Source: a bacterium (GTDB lineage: Bacteria > Hinthialibacterota > Hinthialibacteria > Hinthialibacterales > Hinthialibacteraceae). Taken from it: 64,000 bases of DNA. The notes below the pieces were generated by a model, which ran no database searches, was not told the DNA's origin, and was given only the letters and a program-made list of their open reading frames with translations. The stretch spans positions 1-64,000 of the forward strand of contig CAXXSM010000148.1 in assembly GCA_963663405.2 (NCBI GenBank), read 5' to 3'. The translations under genes were made by a program, and so were the position numbers. Positions 21,747 to 32,213 of this stretch are shown one piece after another. Each line of letters begins with the position of its first letter. Position 1 is the stretch's first letter.

Positions 21747-22123
21747 AATCCATGAATGACGAATTTTTTCTTATCGACACACATATCTTCATTCTATTAT
21801 TCAACAACAGATTGTCTGAACGTCTCCCTTATGGAAAATTTGGATGTTCCATTATCACAGAAATGGAATTGCGATCCTTTCCAAAACTGACCTTGGAAGA
21901 AGAAGCGTTTATGCGTGAAAAACTTTCCTGTCTTACGATTTATGGAATTGATGACGCTGTAAAGGAAAAAGCGATTCATCTGCGCCGCACTACCCGGCTT
22001 AAACTTCCGGACGCGATCATTGCGGCAACCGCTATTGTACATGCTGCTATCCTATTGACGAACGACAAGGAACTTCACGTCATTCCTGAGTTAAAATATC
22101 AAGAATTAGCCTTAAAATCGTAA
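21731..22123 (+). CDS. vapC: PIN-domain VapC toxin
   Basis: LIDTH, SIITEMEL, LKLPDAIIAATA, LLTND. Confidence 0.88.
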   Translation: MDARIESMNDEFFLIDTHIFILLFNNRLSERLPYGKFGCSIITEMELRSFPKLTLEEEAFMREKLSCLTIYGIDDAVKEKAIHLRRTTRLKLPDAIIAATAIVHAAILLTNDKELHVIPELKYQELALKS

Positions 22124-22414
22124 ATAAATGTTGAAACTGGAAAGATTATTCAAAGTTATTTATATCCGATCCCTTCCACAATTCCGGATTATCACTTGTA
22201 TCGATAATCCCTTACAACAGCATGTATCCAATGAAAATCGGTGATCAATAATAGACGTCCATCTGATTCCTTTCGATCGTCTGTTAAAGATTTGTATATA
22301 AGAGAGTCATTTGAAACGTTGTGGATGAATTCGATTCTTCCTCAACAGACCGCTAGCCCTTTATCTATCACCGTTTTTCCGCATGATAGTTCGAAAGAAA
22401 AAAGAGGAAACACA

Positions 22415-23902
22415 ATGCAAACTGGATTTCATTGGATTGATTACTTGGCGCTGGGACTCTATCTAACCGGCATGTTGGCGCTGGGATTTTATTTTACCCG
22501 CCGGGAACATACCACTTCCCGGTTTTTTCTAGGGGATCGAAAAATGCCCTGGTGGGCGGTTGGGATATCGATTTTCGCGACCAAACTGAGCGCGATTACA
22601 TATATCTCCATTCCCGGCCGCTCGTTTGAAACGGATTGGTCTTGGCTGGTTTATAATTTTAGGGATTCCCATCTCCGGTATGATCGTGATTTTCTTATTT
22701 CTTTCCCATCTTCCGGGAGAAGAAGATCACATCCGTGTATGAATACCTAGAACGCCGCTTTGGACCGGAGACACGGGCGTATGGAGCGCTCGCGTATATC
22801 CTCATGCAAATCGGCCGGATTGCGATAGTTTTATTCCTGCCTGCTCTAGCGCTCACCGAGGTGACTGGATTTTCCGTCGAATGGATGATTTTCGTCATGG
22901 GAATCCTAGTCACTGTATACACGGTTCTTGGGGGAATCGAAGCCGTGATCTGGTCGGATGTAATTCAGGCCGTTATTTTATTGCTTGGCGCCATTATCGC
23001 CTTATTGATTATCTGCTTCCGTGTCGATGGTGGTTTCGCTGGTGTCATCGATATCGGAAGCGAGCATCATAAATTCCAGATGATCCATCTCGATCCATCC
23101 GTGTCGGAGGATCTGATTTGGTTTTTACTGATTGGAGCGGTCTTCACCACTCTTGTGCCCTATGCGTCGGAACAAACCATTGTTCAACGGTATTTTACGA
23201 CGAAAAGCGACAAGGATGCGCGGCGAAGTATTTTCTTCAGTATTGGGTTTGGAGTATTCTCATCGTTTTTATTCTTTTTTTTAGGCACGGCGTTGTTCGC
23301 GTTTTATACGACACATCCTGGGCTTTTAGAAGAAGGTGTGGAGTGGGACCGGGTTTTCCCCTTCTTTATTGTTCAGGAAATGCCTCCTGGAATATCAGGT
23401 TTAGTCATCGCCGCCATTTTTTGCCGGAGCGATGTCCAGCCTGGATTCGAGTTTGAATTCAATCTCCACTGTTTGTGTAACCGATTTTTACAAACGTTTC
23501 ATGCGCCCGGATAGTGATGATAAGCGATGCCTGAACCTAGCGCGATGGATCACGATCATCATGGGAATCCTCGCAACATTCCTGGCGATTATGATCGCGC
23601 GCAGCCTGATTGGTAATCCCAATCAAAAAGGCGCATGGGATATGTTCGTCGCCGTACAGGGACTCTTGGGAGGCGGATTAGCAGGGATTTTCTGTGTTGG
23701 AATCTTAACCCACCGGACCAATCAAATCGGCGTAATGTCTGGTTTGGTGATCAGCACGGCGGTCTTGGCGGTTGTCAAATTCCAATTCAATTGGCACTCG
23801 CAAACCTTTGCCGCCATAGGTATTGTGACCGCGTTTCTCGTCTCCTATTTATTCAGCCTTGTCACCTCTCGCTCAGCCCCTTTAGTAGAAACTTCAAAAT
23901 AA
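22415..23902 (+). CDS. Sodium:solute symporter (two frameshifts)
   Basis: FFLGDRKMPWWAVGISIFATKLSAITY, YEYLERRFG, GGIEAVIWSDVIQ, MSSLDSSLNS across three ORFs; RBS AGAGGA. Confidence 0.88.
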
Positions 23903-24101
23903 ATCCGGAACGTCAAAATCTCTTTTAGCTGCCCTCCGATCTTTTACGAATAATATAATCGTACGAAAAGATCGCTTGAGTAGAACGGATTTGGCGTGTA
24001 TTATCATGAGAGTAATAACGAGAATACCATATAAACATCTGAATTATCAATTGTTGCTCTTCTTGCGCTTACTCGGCGGAAGAATCGCGCGAGATTATGT
24101 G

Positions 24102-25724
24102 ATGGAAGAATTCTATCGATTGCTCCAAGAACTTGCTCAAAGCGATCTCTCCGCCCCACCTAGCCCGTCTTGCCGTTCGTCCATTATTCAAATCCTTCAA
24201 ACACGGCTCCAAAACGAACCGTGGTTTCCCCAAAACGGGAGCGCTTGGATCCAGCGTTCAATCGAATCGGCGGCGGACAGCGGATTGAATCAACTCAAGC
24301 AACTGATCGAACGGGATTATGGTGAGAAGGAACTGAACCGGCGTCTGCGCGCGTTTGAATCGAATTTGACGGATAAATTCTTCTTCACGCCGGAAGCGGT
24401 TCATCTCATCTACGCCAGTAAACCGGAGGCGTTGGAAGCCTTTGTAAATGAAGGCGTAGACCGGCATTGCCGCTTTATCCGCCGCGCGGTTTCCAGCGTC
24501 ATTTACCGGAATCGGGCTGGTATCGGACGCCTTTCTCTTGACGGCGCTGAATTAGAGGATGAACTCTGGGGCAATGTGACGGAAGAAATCGTCCGCTGCC
24601 TTACGGATACATCGGCGCGCGTCTGGCGGACGCGGGAAGATTCCCCCCTCGAATTTCCACCCAAAACCATTCGCGGCCGCCGACAGGGAAGCGTTCTCCG
24701 CATCGCGCTGTCAATGAAAGGCCGAAAAATGGCGATGGCGCGGTCGGACTCAGCGCTGATGGTCTGGGATATAGAAAGCCTGGAACGGATTCATACATGG
24801 GATCTTCAACATCTGCGCTCCGGTAAAGAATCCGGAGAGGCTTTCCTTAATACGTCCCGTCTATTCTTTTCCGAAGATGGCTTAAAATTAGCGCTCGATA
24901 CCGGAAATGGGCTTATTGTGGTCTTTTCCCTCAACGATACCGAGAGCGGCATAAAAACATACACGGATAAAGAAAAAAAGAAATTTTTACGTGAATGTGG
25001 GAATCTATACATTCCTGATCCCTCGGAGAGTGACGCCAATCGATTTGATTTTCAATCCCGCCGGGGAGACCGGCTGCGTTTTGAGGAATACCGGGCAGCG
25101 GTGTACGATTGGTCCTGCGACGCGGATTGCCACATGGTTGCGACAGCGAGTGAATGCGAACGTTTGATGCCCCAATGGATGCGGGACGCTGGATTCGAGC
25201 GATCGGTTTTTCATATCGCGAAAAAACGTTTGATTGACCTGATCCGCAAACATACCCACACCGCCTATCATTGTTGGCGTTGTGGATCAGCGAGCGCCAA
25301 CTCTTCGGAGACGCGTTGCCGTGAATGTGACGCGGATTTCAGCCTTTGTCCATTGGGATGCAAATTGAAGAAACACGAAATCCTTAATGCGGCGAACCGC
25401 TGGCAATGCCCCCGCTGTGGAACGCAGTCGCGTCTGATGGAAACCGCAAAAGATATACACGAAGATTATCTCTTGACCGATCGCAGTCCCCAGCAGCGCT
25501 CTTGGGCGGAGCAGCACGATATGGAGCGGATTTTAAACGCGCTCTCCAGCGTGTCCGTCACCTACAAAAAACGCGAGATCGCCTGTGACCGGTTGGTTGA
25601 GTTCAAAACATCCGGCATGACGAATGAAGAGATCGGCGAGGAACTGGGCATCCCTAGAGGATCCGTCGATTACGTTTGGAATCAATGCAGAGAACAGGTC
25701 TTAAAGATATTCAAGGACCTATAA
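24102..25724 (+). CDS. Atypical sigma70/ECF-like factor with WD40-like insertion and double zinc ribbon
   Basis: Region-2-like AELEDELWGNVTEEIVR and FERSVFHIAKKRLIDLIRK; region-4 HTH GMTNEEIGEELGIPRGSV; four Cys pairs. ORF is open from 23976; probable start 24102. Confidence 0.6.
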   Translation: MEEFYRLLQELAQSDLSAPPSPSCRSSIIQILQTRLQNEPWFPQNGSAWIQRSIESAADSGLNQLKQLIERDYGEKELNRRLRAFESNLTDKFFFTPEAVHLIYASKPEALEAFVNEGVDRHCRFIRRAVSSVIYRNRAGIGRLSLDGAELEDELWGNVTEEIVRCLTDTSARVWRTREDSPLEFPPKTIRGRRQGSVLRIALSMKGRKMAMARSDSALMVWDIESLERIHTWDLQHLRSGKESGEAFLNTSRLFFSEDGLKLALDTGNGLIVVFSLNDTESGIKTYTDKEKKKFLRECGNLYIPDPSESDANRFDFQSRRGDRLRFEEYRAAVYDWSCDADCHMVATASECERLMPQWMRDAGFERSVFHIAKKRLIDLIRKHTHTAYHCWRCGSASANSSETRCRECDADFSLCPLGCKLKKHEILNAANRWQCPRCGTQSRLMETAKDIHEDYLLTDRSPQQRSWAEQHDMERILNALSSVSVTYKKREIACDRLVEFKTSGMTNEEIGEELGIPRGSVDYVWNQCREQVLKIFKDL

Positions 25725-25738
25725 AATAGGAAAGCGCA

Positions 25739-26875
25739 ATGAACGAACGGCGAAGAGAAACAAAACCAGCGCTGGCCAGTGACTCCGAGTGGGAGCGCGT
25801 CAATCAGGTGATCGCCTCCATACTCCAGGACCGCGATCCATCGTGGCTGGACGCGACGGAAAACATGCAGGAAACATCCGCCTCATTGAAACGGGATCGG
25901 GCGGCGTTTACCGGCGCCTTGCGTGACGCCCCTTTCCAGAAACGCCGGGATGACCGTCCCTCGCTTCTGGAGCGATGGATGCAGGAATCCCGCCGCCGCG
26001 ACTGGCTGGTCCGGATTCAGAGCCGCATGCGCGTCATGGAGAGCCGGTTTGGTGAAATGCGGGATCGTGTGGAAGGTTTCTTCGATCCCCTGATCACAGC
26101 GATTGAAGCGCTCTCGCAGCGAATGCAGCCCGCTCCCGTGATGCGGGACGCCGCCGCCGCAAGAGAACTGGTCTACCAGCCATGCCGCCGGGCGATCGAA
26201 CCGGTTGATCTACCGATTTTCAGCCCGCTTTTCTGCACGGCGATTGAAGCCGCGAACGGCGCGATTGAGATTTCGGGCTTAAAACCGGATACCGCGTATA
26301 AAATCTCTCTCTGGCCGGTCAAGGATTTAGACCGGGGTGGGGAAGAGACATTACACTCCTCCCCGCAAGGACAGGTCCGCATCGATATCGCCTCCTGGAT
26401 TCAGCGCCTGAAAGACCAGGATACCGCGCCGGTGGAGATGGTCTGGTTTCTAGCGGAAGAGCGTCCCGGCGCGCAGACCTCCAATGGATGGAGTTCCGGC
26501 CTGGTCTGGTTGGAGAGTAATTCAACGCTTCAACTCAGCCAGGAAATTCAATCGATACTATTTCAAGCGGCGCGGGAAGATATGGACGAATCGGATATCA
26601 ACACCCTCGTCGAGATCAATCTTCTCGCGGCGCGGGAACATTATATCAAAGCGTACGAACGCGCCCGCCGCGCGCTTCTGCATTCCTCAAAACAATCCAA
26701 ATACGAAAGCCGCGTGCCCTTCCGCGAATGCCTCTGGCAGTTGATTCACTATATTCTGGAGAACATCGAAAGAAGAATCGAAACCGCCGCCCCCGCCTTC
26801 CACCAAATTAAATCCAACTGGGACGCCCTTACCCCCCTGCAAAAACTTCAAGAACGAATCGCGGAGTGGGAGTGA
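25739..26875 (+). CDS. Hypothetical protein, possible anti-sigma/partner
   Basis: 378-aa ORF 14 nt after the sigma-like gene, with AGGA RBS and the same composition. Confidence 0.65.
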   Translation: MNERRRETKPALASDSEWERVNQVIASILQDRDPSWLDATENMQETSASLKRDRAAFTGALRDAPFQKRRDDRPSLLERWMQESRRRDWLVRIQSRMRVMESRFGEMRDRVEGFFDPLITAIEALSQRMQPAPVMRDAAAARELVYQPCRRAIEPVDLPIFSPLFCTAIEAANGAIEISGLKPDTAYKISLWPVKDLDRGGEETLHSSPQGQVRIDIASWIQRLKDQDTAPVEMVWFLAEERPGAQTSNGWSSGLVWLESNSTLQLSQEIQSILFQAAREDMDESDINTLVEINLLAAREHYIKAYERARRALLHSSKQSKYESRVPFRECLWQLIHYILENIERRIETAAPAFHQIKSNWDALTPLQKLQERIAEWE

Positions 26876-26893
26876 AGGAATTCTCGTTCCAGT

Positions 26894-27091
26894 TTATGGC
26901 CCAAACACATTGATATCCCCCAAACTGTTCAATCCATTACTTGAATCATACGATAGCGCGTCGGGCAGTTGCGAACTCATCCGCCAGTCCATCAGAGTAT
27001 CCAGCCCCCGGCTTGAAAAGCGATATACGTATCGTTTGTACTCATCCGTTACGCTGAATGGGTGAATTGTGGATTTTTCCTGAACGAGACT
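26894..27091 (-). pseudogene. 3' remnant of a prepilin/pseudopilin-like paralog
   Basis: ...YRFSSRGLD...YDSSNGLNSLGDINVFGP* matches the C-terminus of 54788-55390 (WKVTSAGPD...FDVSNGLRSWGDIIRIGP). No pilin N-terminus. Confidence 0.65.
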
Positions 27092-27165
27092 CTATCAACA
27101 CCTGCGTGATGTTGTATATAATTCAGTTTCATAATAGTTTTATTCCGTTTAATTGGGAGACGGCG

Positions 27166-28082
27166 ATGAACATTCACGATATATCGTATCATGAAATCAT
27201 CTCGATTACTAAGAATAAAGAACTCTCCAACGTATATGACGTTCAAATCAAGATGGATGAGAGTATGGGGGTATTTCAAGAAGTAGAATGCCATCTCACC
27301 CTTTATCCTTACAGCCGGAAACTCTGCGCGAGCCATGTTTTGTTTCTTCCTTTTGAGGAATATGTAAAGGATATCTCTTCTCACCAACGTTCAGCCTATT
27401 CATTGATCGGCGATCAATTCAACAATCTTTTCGGCGTGTTTCTTGGGATCGCGATTGTTTTTATATTTTATTTTTTAAAACCCGATGATTTGCTCTCCGT
27501 CGAATCCATCGTTTCCGTGTTGGGGGCGTATATCATAGGCAGGGATATATGGGCGGATATAGAAAAAGCGTTGATTAATATTTCAAAGAAATGGAGAATC
27601 CGTTACACGGAGAATTACTATCTCTACCAATTGGAAAAATCAACTACGTTAACTCAGTATTCCTTTTTCGCGAAGAAACAACGCTACGGCATCCATCCCC
27701 TGCTCCCGGAGCAGATGGATTTATTGAACAGAGCAACTCACAAACCGTCCGGCTGCTCTTCAACATTCGTAATGTTAAGAAAACCGAAAATGGACTTTCT
27801 ATATTCTATCCATCCATATTGATCCAGAATTAATTCCAGAATTCAAGAGATTTATGTTTGGAGTGAAACTCAGCTTCAACAAAAAAACGGCTGGGAATCA
27901 GCCGCTCGTATGAATTTTTCCAATCCATCCACAACCAATCTTTGGGCTGCCTGAACGAACAAGGAGACTGGATCGAAAACGCTATCTTCTTCCGCCGCAC
28001 ATGGATCTTCAAACGATTGAAATACTTTGTGAAAAAGGGGATTATCGAAGGAGAGAAGTTATTCAATGCCCGGATAGAATAA
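27166..28082 (+). CDS. Hypothetical membrane protein (frameshifted)
   Basis: Two TM segments (GVFLGIAIVFIFYFL; SIVSVLGAYIIG). Coding continues in shifted frames to ...EKLFNARIE*. Confidence 0.55.
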
Positions 28083-28400
28083 TGAATGCTGGATGTATTA
28101 AAGAGGATGGGTTGAAAATGCGTGTTGGGTACCGAGTTTAATAAAAAAGAAGTTGCTGCAAAAAAATAATTGTCTAATGTATGTTTTACTGTCTTCTTCA
28201 CTGATGGCAGAGTCTGTCCTTTATATTAATAAACTTTGTTTCCATTCTTACCCACACAATCTTCATCCCAAGAAAATGAAAATAATTCCCATACAGCGAA
28301 GACAAAGGTTTTTTCTCTTTCGCCGATTCACATAGAAAAAATCTCCTCTCTGCGATAGACTTAACATGAATCTTGATAGGAAAGAGAGAGCGTTAGCTTC

Positions 28401-28760
28401 ATGGAACACCGAAACTTTCTTCTATATCTGAAAGCGCTTATCTGGTCGGTTTTTGTGTCGTATTCGAACTCAACCGTGGCGGCGATCGCGGAATGTCTCC
28501 GGGAGGGAGTTGTCAGTGACGCGTATCCAGAATTCCGAGATACGCATTTAGGGGAAAGCCTGCGCTTCTTGATCGGCTCAATTCCATCGGAGGATGACCG
28601 GCGCCAGTTAGCGGCTTGCATGGAGCAGGTGAAATCCAGTTCCGCCTCTATGGTATACCGCAACATGGTCATTGAAGTCGGGCATTATGTAACCGCCAAA
28701 ACAACCCATTGGGGATGTCCCCGCCGACTGCAATGGCGTCGTGTACTGCTTGGGGGATAA
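28401..28760 (+). CDS. Hypothetical protein or degraded fragment
   Basis: 119-aa ATG ORF of moderate GC within AT-rich DNA; no motif recognised. Confidence 0.25.
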   Translation: MEHRNFLLYLKALIWSVFVSYSNSTVAAIAECLREGVVSDAYPEFRDTHLGESLRFLIGSIPSEDDRRQLAACMEQVKSSSASMVYRNMVIEVGHYVTAKTTHWGCPRRLQWRRVLLGG

Positions 28761-28948
28761 TCTCATCTCTGTTGTCTTCCGGAAAGCGGACAAATCTCTT
28801 GCCATCAAAGAAGTGCAACCCTACCAGGTTTTACCGGTCTATACCTTGACGATCCCTGAATCCTAAACGTATGATCATTGGACTAGAGGACTTTCTTTTT
28901 TTCCTATTTTTTTGTATCTATTTCGATTTCAAACGATGAGGTGTTCAT

Positions 28949-29780
28949 ATGAAGTACGCAATCTGTAATGAGACGTATCAGAACCAACCATTTGACGAAG
29001 TTTGCGCGAGCGCGAAGCGGCATGGCTACGACGCTCTCGAAATCGCGCCGTTCACATTCGGAAAACTAGTTACGGAAATATCCCCCCAAGAACGCGCGGA
29101 TATCAAAAAGACCGCCGAGGACGCTGGATTGAAGATCGCCGGTCTGCATTGGCTCCTCGTTGTTTCCTCAAGGGGTGAATAAGTTACTCCATATCAATTG
29201 TCCGGACAAAGCGGTCCGTGATGAGACTGCCGCGTATTACAAAGAACTGATCCGTTTCTGCGCCGATTTAGGCGGAGAGGTGATGGTCCACGGATCACCG
29301 AAACAGCGCAATTGGGAACCAGGAGATTTTTACCAGGACACTTTCCAACGCGCGGTGGAATTCTATCAATCCTGCCTGGATCTGGCGAAAGAACATGGAA
29401 TCACGATCTGTTTTGAACCATTGACCCATGCGGAGACCAACTTTATCAACACCGGCCGTGACGCTCGTGTCTTGATCGAAACTCTTAATCACCCCAACAT
29501 GAAACTTCATCTCGATGTGAAAGCGATGTGTGGTGGTGAATACATCCCCCCGGCGGACGCGATTCGGGAAAACAAAGATATTCTCGGCCACTTCCACGCC
29601 AACGACCGCAACACAAAAGGGCCGGGAACCGGTGACGTGGACTATACGCCCATCACCGCCGCCCTCAAAGAGATAAATTACTCAGGCTATGTTTCCGTCG
29701 AGGTGTTTGATTATACCCCCGATGGGGATACAATCGCACGGGATAGTATGCGATACTTGAAGCAAGTGTTCGGAGAGTAA
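28949..29780 (+). CDS. Sugar phosphate isomerase/epimerase (D-psicose/D-tagatose 3-epimerase-like; frameshift near 29165)
   Basis: YAICNETY, LEIAPFT, GLHWLL, FEPL...ETNFIN, HLDVKAM, HFHAND, VSVEVF. Confidence 0.85.
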
Positions 29781-29918
29781 TTTCCAACCACCACATAAAC
29801 CATAATGATTGAGATCACAACTGCAGATGAAAATGGAGTTACGAGAGCGAATTCGAACGAGATATCTTTAGGAACTCATTTTCATATAAAAGCGAAACTA
29901 TTTACAGGAGTGGAAGCA

Positions 29919-31161
29919 ATGAAAAAAACATCTGGCTCTTCTATTGATTGGCTGCGCGCTTCTTATGGGAACCGCCGCCGGAACGAGTTACGCCCTGGAA
30001 GTCGCGGTCTACGCCGGTCCCGCTCCCTGCGATAATTGCCCGGTCACCGCCCCGATCCCGGATGGAGTGGAACTCCCGGCGGGTGTGGAACTTAATAATG
30101 TCATGCTGGTCCGGGGAACGGAAGCGATTCCCGCCGCCGTTCTTCCCACTCTGAAATGCCGTGAACTCGCGTTTATCGTCGACGGTATGAAACCTTTTGA
30201 AAAACGAGTTTATCAACTCGTGACGGGCAGCGTTGTTACAGAGAACGCGGTTACGATCCAAAAGACGGATGGCGCGCTTGACGTGCAAATCGGTGGAAAA
30301 CCATTCACAACGTATACTTACGAGGGTGATGATGTCGTCCGCCCAGCGTTTCTATCCCCTCTATGGTCCCAAAGGCGCCGCCATGACACGTGGATACCCG
30401 ATGGAATTTCATGAAGGTGAAAAAAAAGACCATCCCCATCATCATTCCTTCTGGGTCGCGCATGGTGATGTGAACGGCACGGACAATTGGAGTATCGCGG
30501 ATAATTGTGGATCCACCAAGCAAATAGAGATTCTTGCCAACGGTATCCACCCCCGTCTGTGGCCGGTTTCTGACAAACAACGTGTGGTTAACACATGACG
30601 GCGAAAACCATATTTGAAGATCGCCGCATGGTTACGATCTGGGGCACGCCCGATAACGCCCGCATGGTCGATGTCACTCTTCTCTTCACCGCCACACACG
30701 GCGACGTAAAATTCGGGGATACGAAAGAAGGCGGACTGCTCTCTCTTCGTGTCGCAGGCACAATGAAAGAAAAGCAGAATGATGGTTCCAGAGGCGGTAC
30801 TATCATCAATGCCAACGGAGAGAAAGACGAGAAAGACGCTTGGGGTAAAGCGGCGCCCTGGTGCGATTACAGCGGACCGGTTGGAGAAATAATCGCGGGC
30901 TTGACGATCATGGATCACCCGGAAAATCCGTTCTATCCAACCCGGTATCATGTGCGTAACTATGGCTTATTTACCGCTAATTCATTTGGGCTTTCCTATT
31001 TCCTGCGGGATCGCTCCATCGATGGTAGCCAAATCCTGAAAGACGGTCAGTCCTGGCTCCATCAATACCGCGTTTATATACACGAAGGGGACGTAAACGA
31101 AGGTAAAGTCACCGCCGCGTATACGAATTTCGCTTCTGAACCCACTGTGATCCTGCGATAA
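29919..31161 (+). CDS. Secreted DUF6807/PmoA-like family protein (several frameshifts)
   Basis: FTTY, YPLYGP.G..MTR, DHPHHHSFW.AHGDVNG, FGDTKEGG...RVA, WCDYSG, DHPENP..PTRYHVR.YGLF across four ORF pieces. Confidence 0.75.
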
Positions 31162-31243
31162 CGGGGACGCGGAGGTATAATAGATAAAAAAAACGCGCCT
31201 TTAGCGTATCTATGAACGCGATCCATACGTTTAGCGGATTATA

Positions 31244-32182
31244 TTGACGAAAGTTGGGATTGATTCGGCCGCTGTGATAGACATCATTATTATTAATTAT
31301 AATTGCGTAACGGATTTAAAAACGTTGCTGGAAACGCTCACAAGTGAGGAAGACGCCCGCTATTCAAGGCGGGCGTTTTTTTCCATTACGGTCGTCGACA
31401 ACGATTCACCGGATGGAAGCGCGACGATGGTGTCGACGCAGTTTCCCCAAGTCAAATTGATCGCTCGTGAAGAAAATGATGGCTACGCCGCCGCCGTGAA
31501 CGAAGGACTGGCGTCCACGAAAAATCGTGAGATTTTGCTGCTTAACAGTGATACGCTCGTAACCCCATCTACCGTCACTCGTCTTTCCCGCATATGGGAA
31601 CGGTTGGATTTTCCCGGCATTCTTGGTCCCCTGCACTTTGAGGAAGATGAATTCCCTCAATTAACGTGGGGCGCCTATCCTTCCTGGGCTGCTGAAAAAG
31701 AACGCAGGCGCATCGACCGCGCGGTGTTCAACCGGGAAGAATGGGCCGCGAAGAAAGTCCTCGCCGAAGCCTGCCGGACACGGGAAGTCGATTGGGTATC
31801 GGGTTCCTGCATGTTTTTCCCCCGGCTTCTCGTGGAGGATATCGGGCCGTGGGATCAGAATTTTTTCCTCTTCTTTGAAGATATCGATTGGTGTCTGCGC
31901 GCGAAAGCCAAAGGCTACCCGATCTATCACACTTCCGAGGCGCGCATCACTCACATTCACGGCGCCAGTGTCGATCAAGATCCGGATCTCTCGGAGATCG
32001 AATACCGCCGCAGTCAATGCTATTTCACGAAAAAACACTTCGGCTGGTTCGCGCTGATGAAACTGCGAGGATACCTGACCGTCAAACTCTTTGGACGCTG
32101 GTTGATTGGAAGCCGATCGGGATTCAGCCGCGGTGTTTCATTCGAAATCTTCCGTGAAATCTGGCGCAAACCAGGAATATGA
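31244..32182 (+). CDS. Glycosyltransferase family 2
   Basis: IIIINYN, VVDNDSPDGS, LLLNSD, VSGSCM, FFLFFEDIDWC. Confidence 0.9.
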   Translation: MTKVGIDSAAVIDIIIINYNCVTDLKTLLETLTSEEDARYSRRAFFSITVVDNDSPDGSATMVSTQFPQVKLIAREENDGYAAAVNEGLASTKNREILLLNSDTLVTPSTVTRLSRIWERLDFPGILGPLHFEEDEFPQLTWGAYPSWAAEKERRRIDRAVFNREEWAAKKVLAEACRTREVDWVSGSCMFFPRLLVEDIGPWDQNFFLFFEDIDWCLRAKAKGYPIYHTSEARITHIHGASVDQDPDLSEIEYRRSQCYFTKKHFGWFALMKLRGYLTVKLFGRWLIGSRSGFSRGVSFEIFREIWRKPGI

Positions 32183-32213
32183 TTGACGCTTTCGCAAACG
32201 ATGCAAACGGCCA

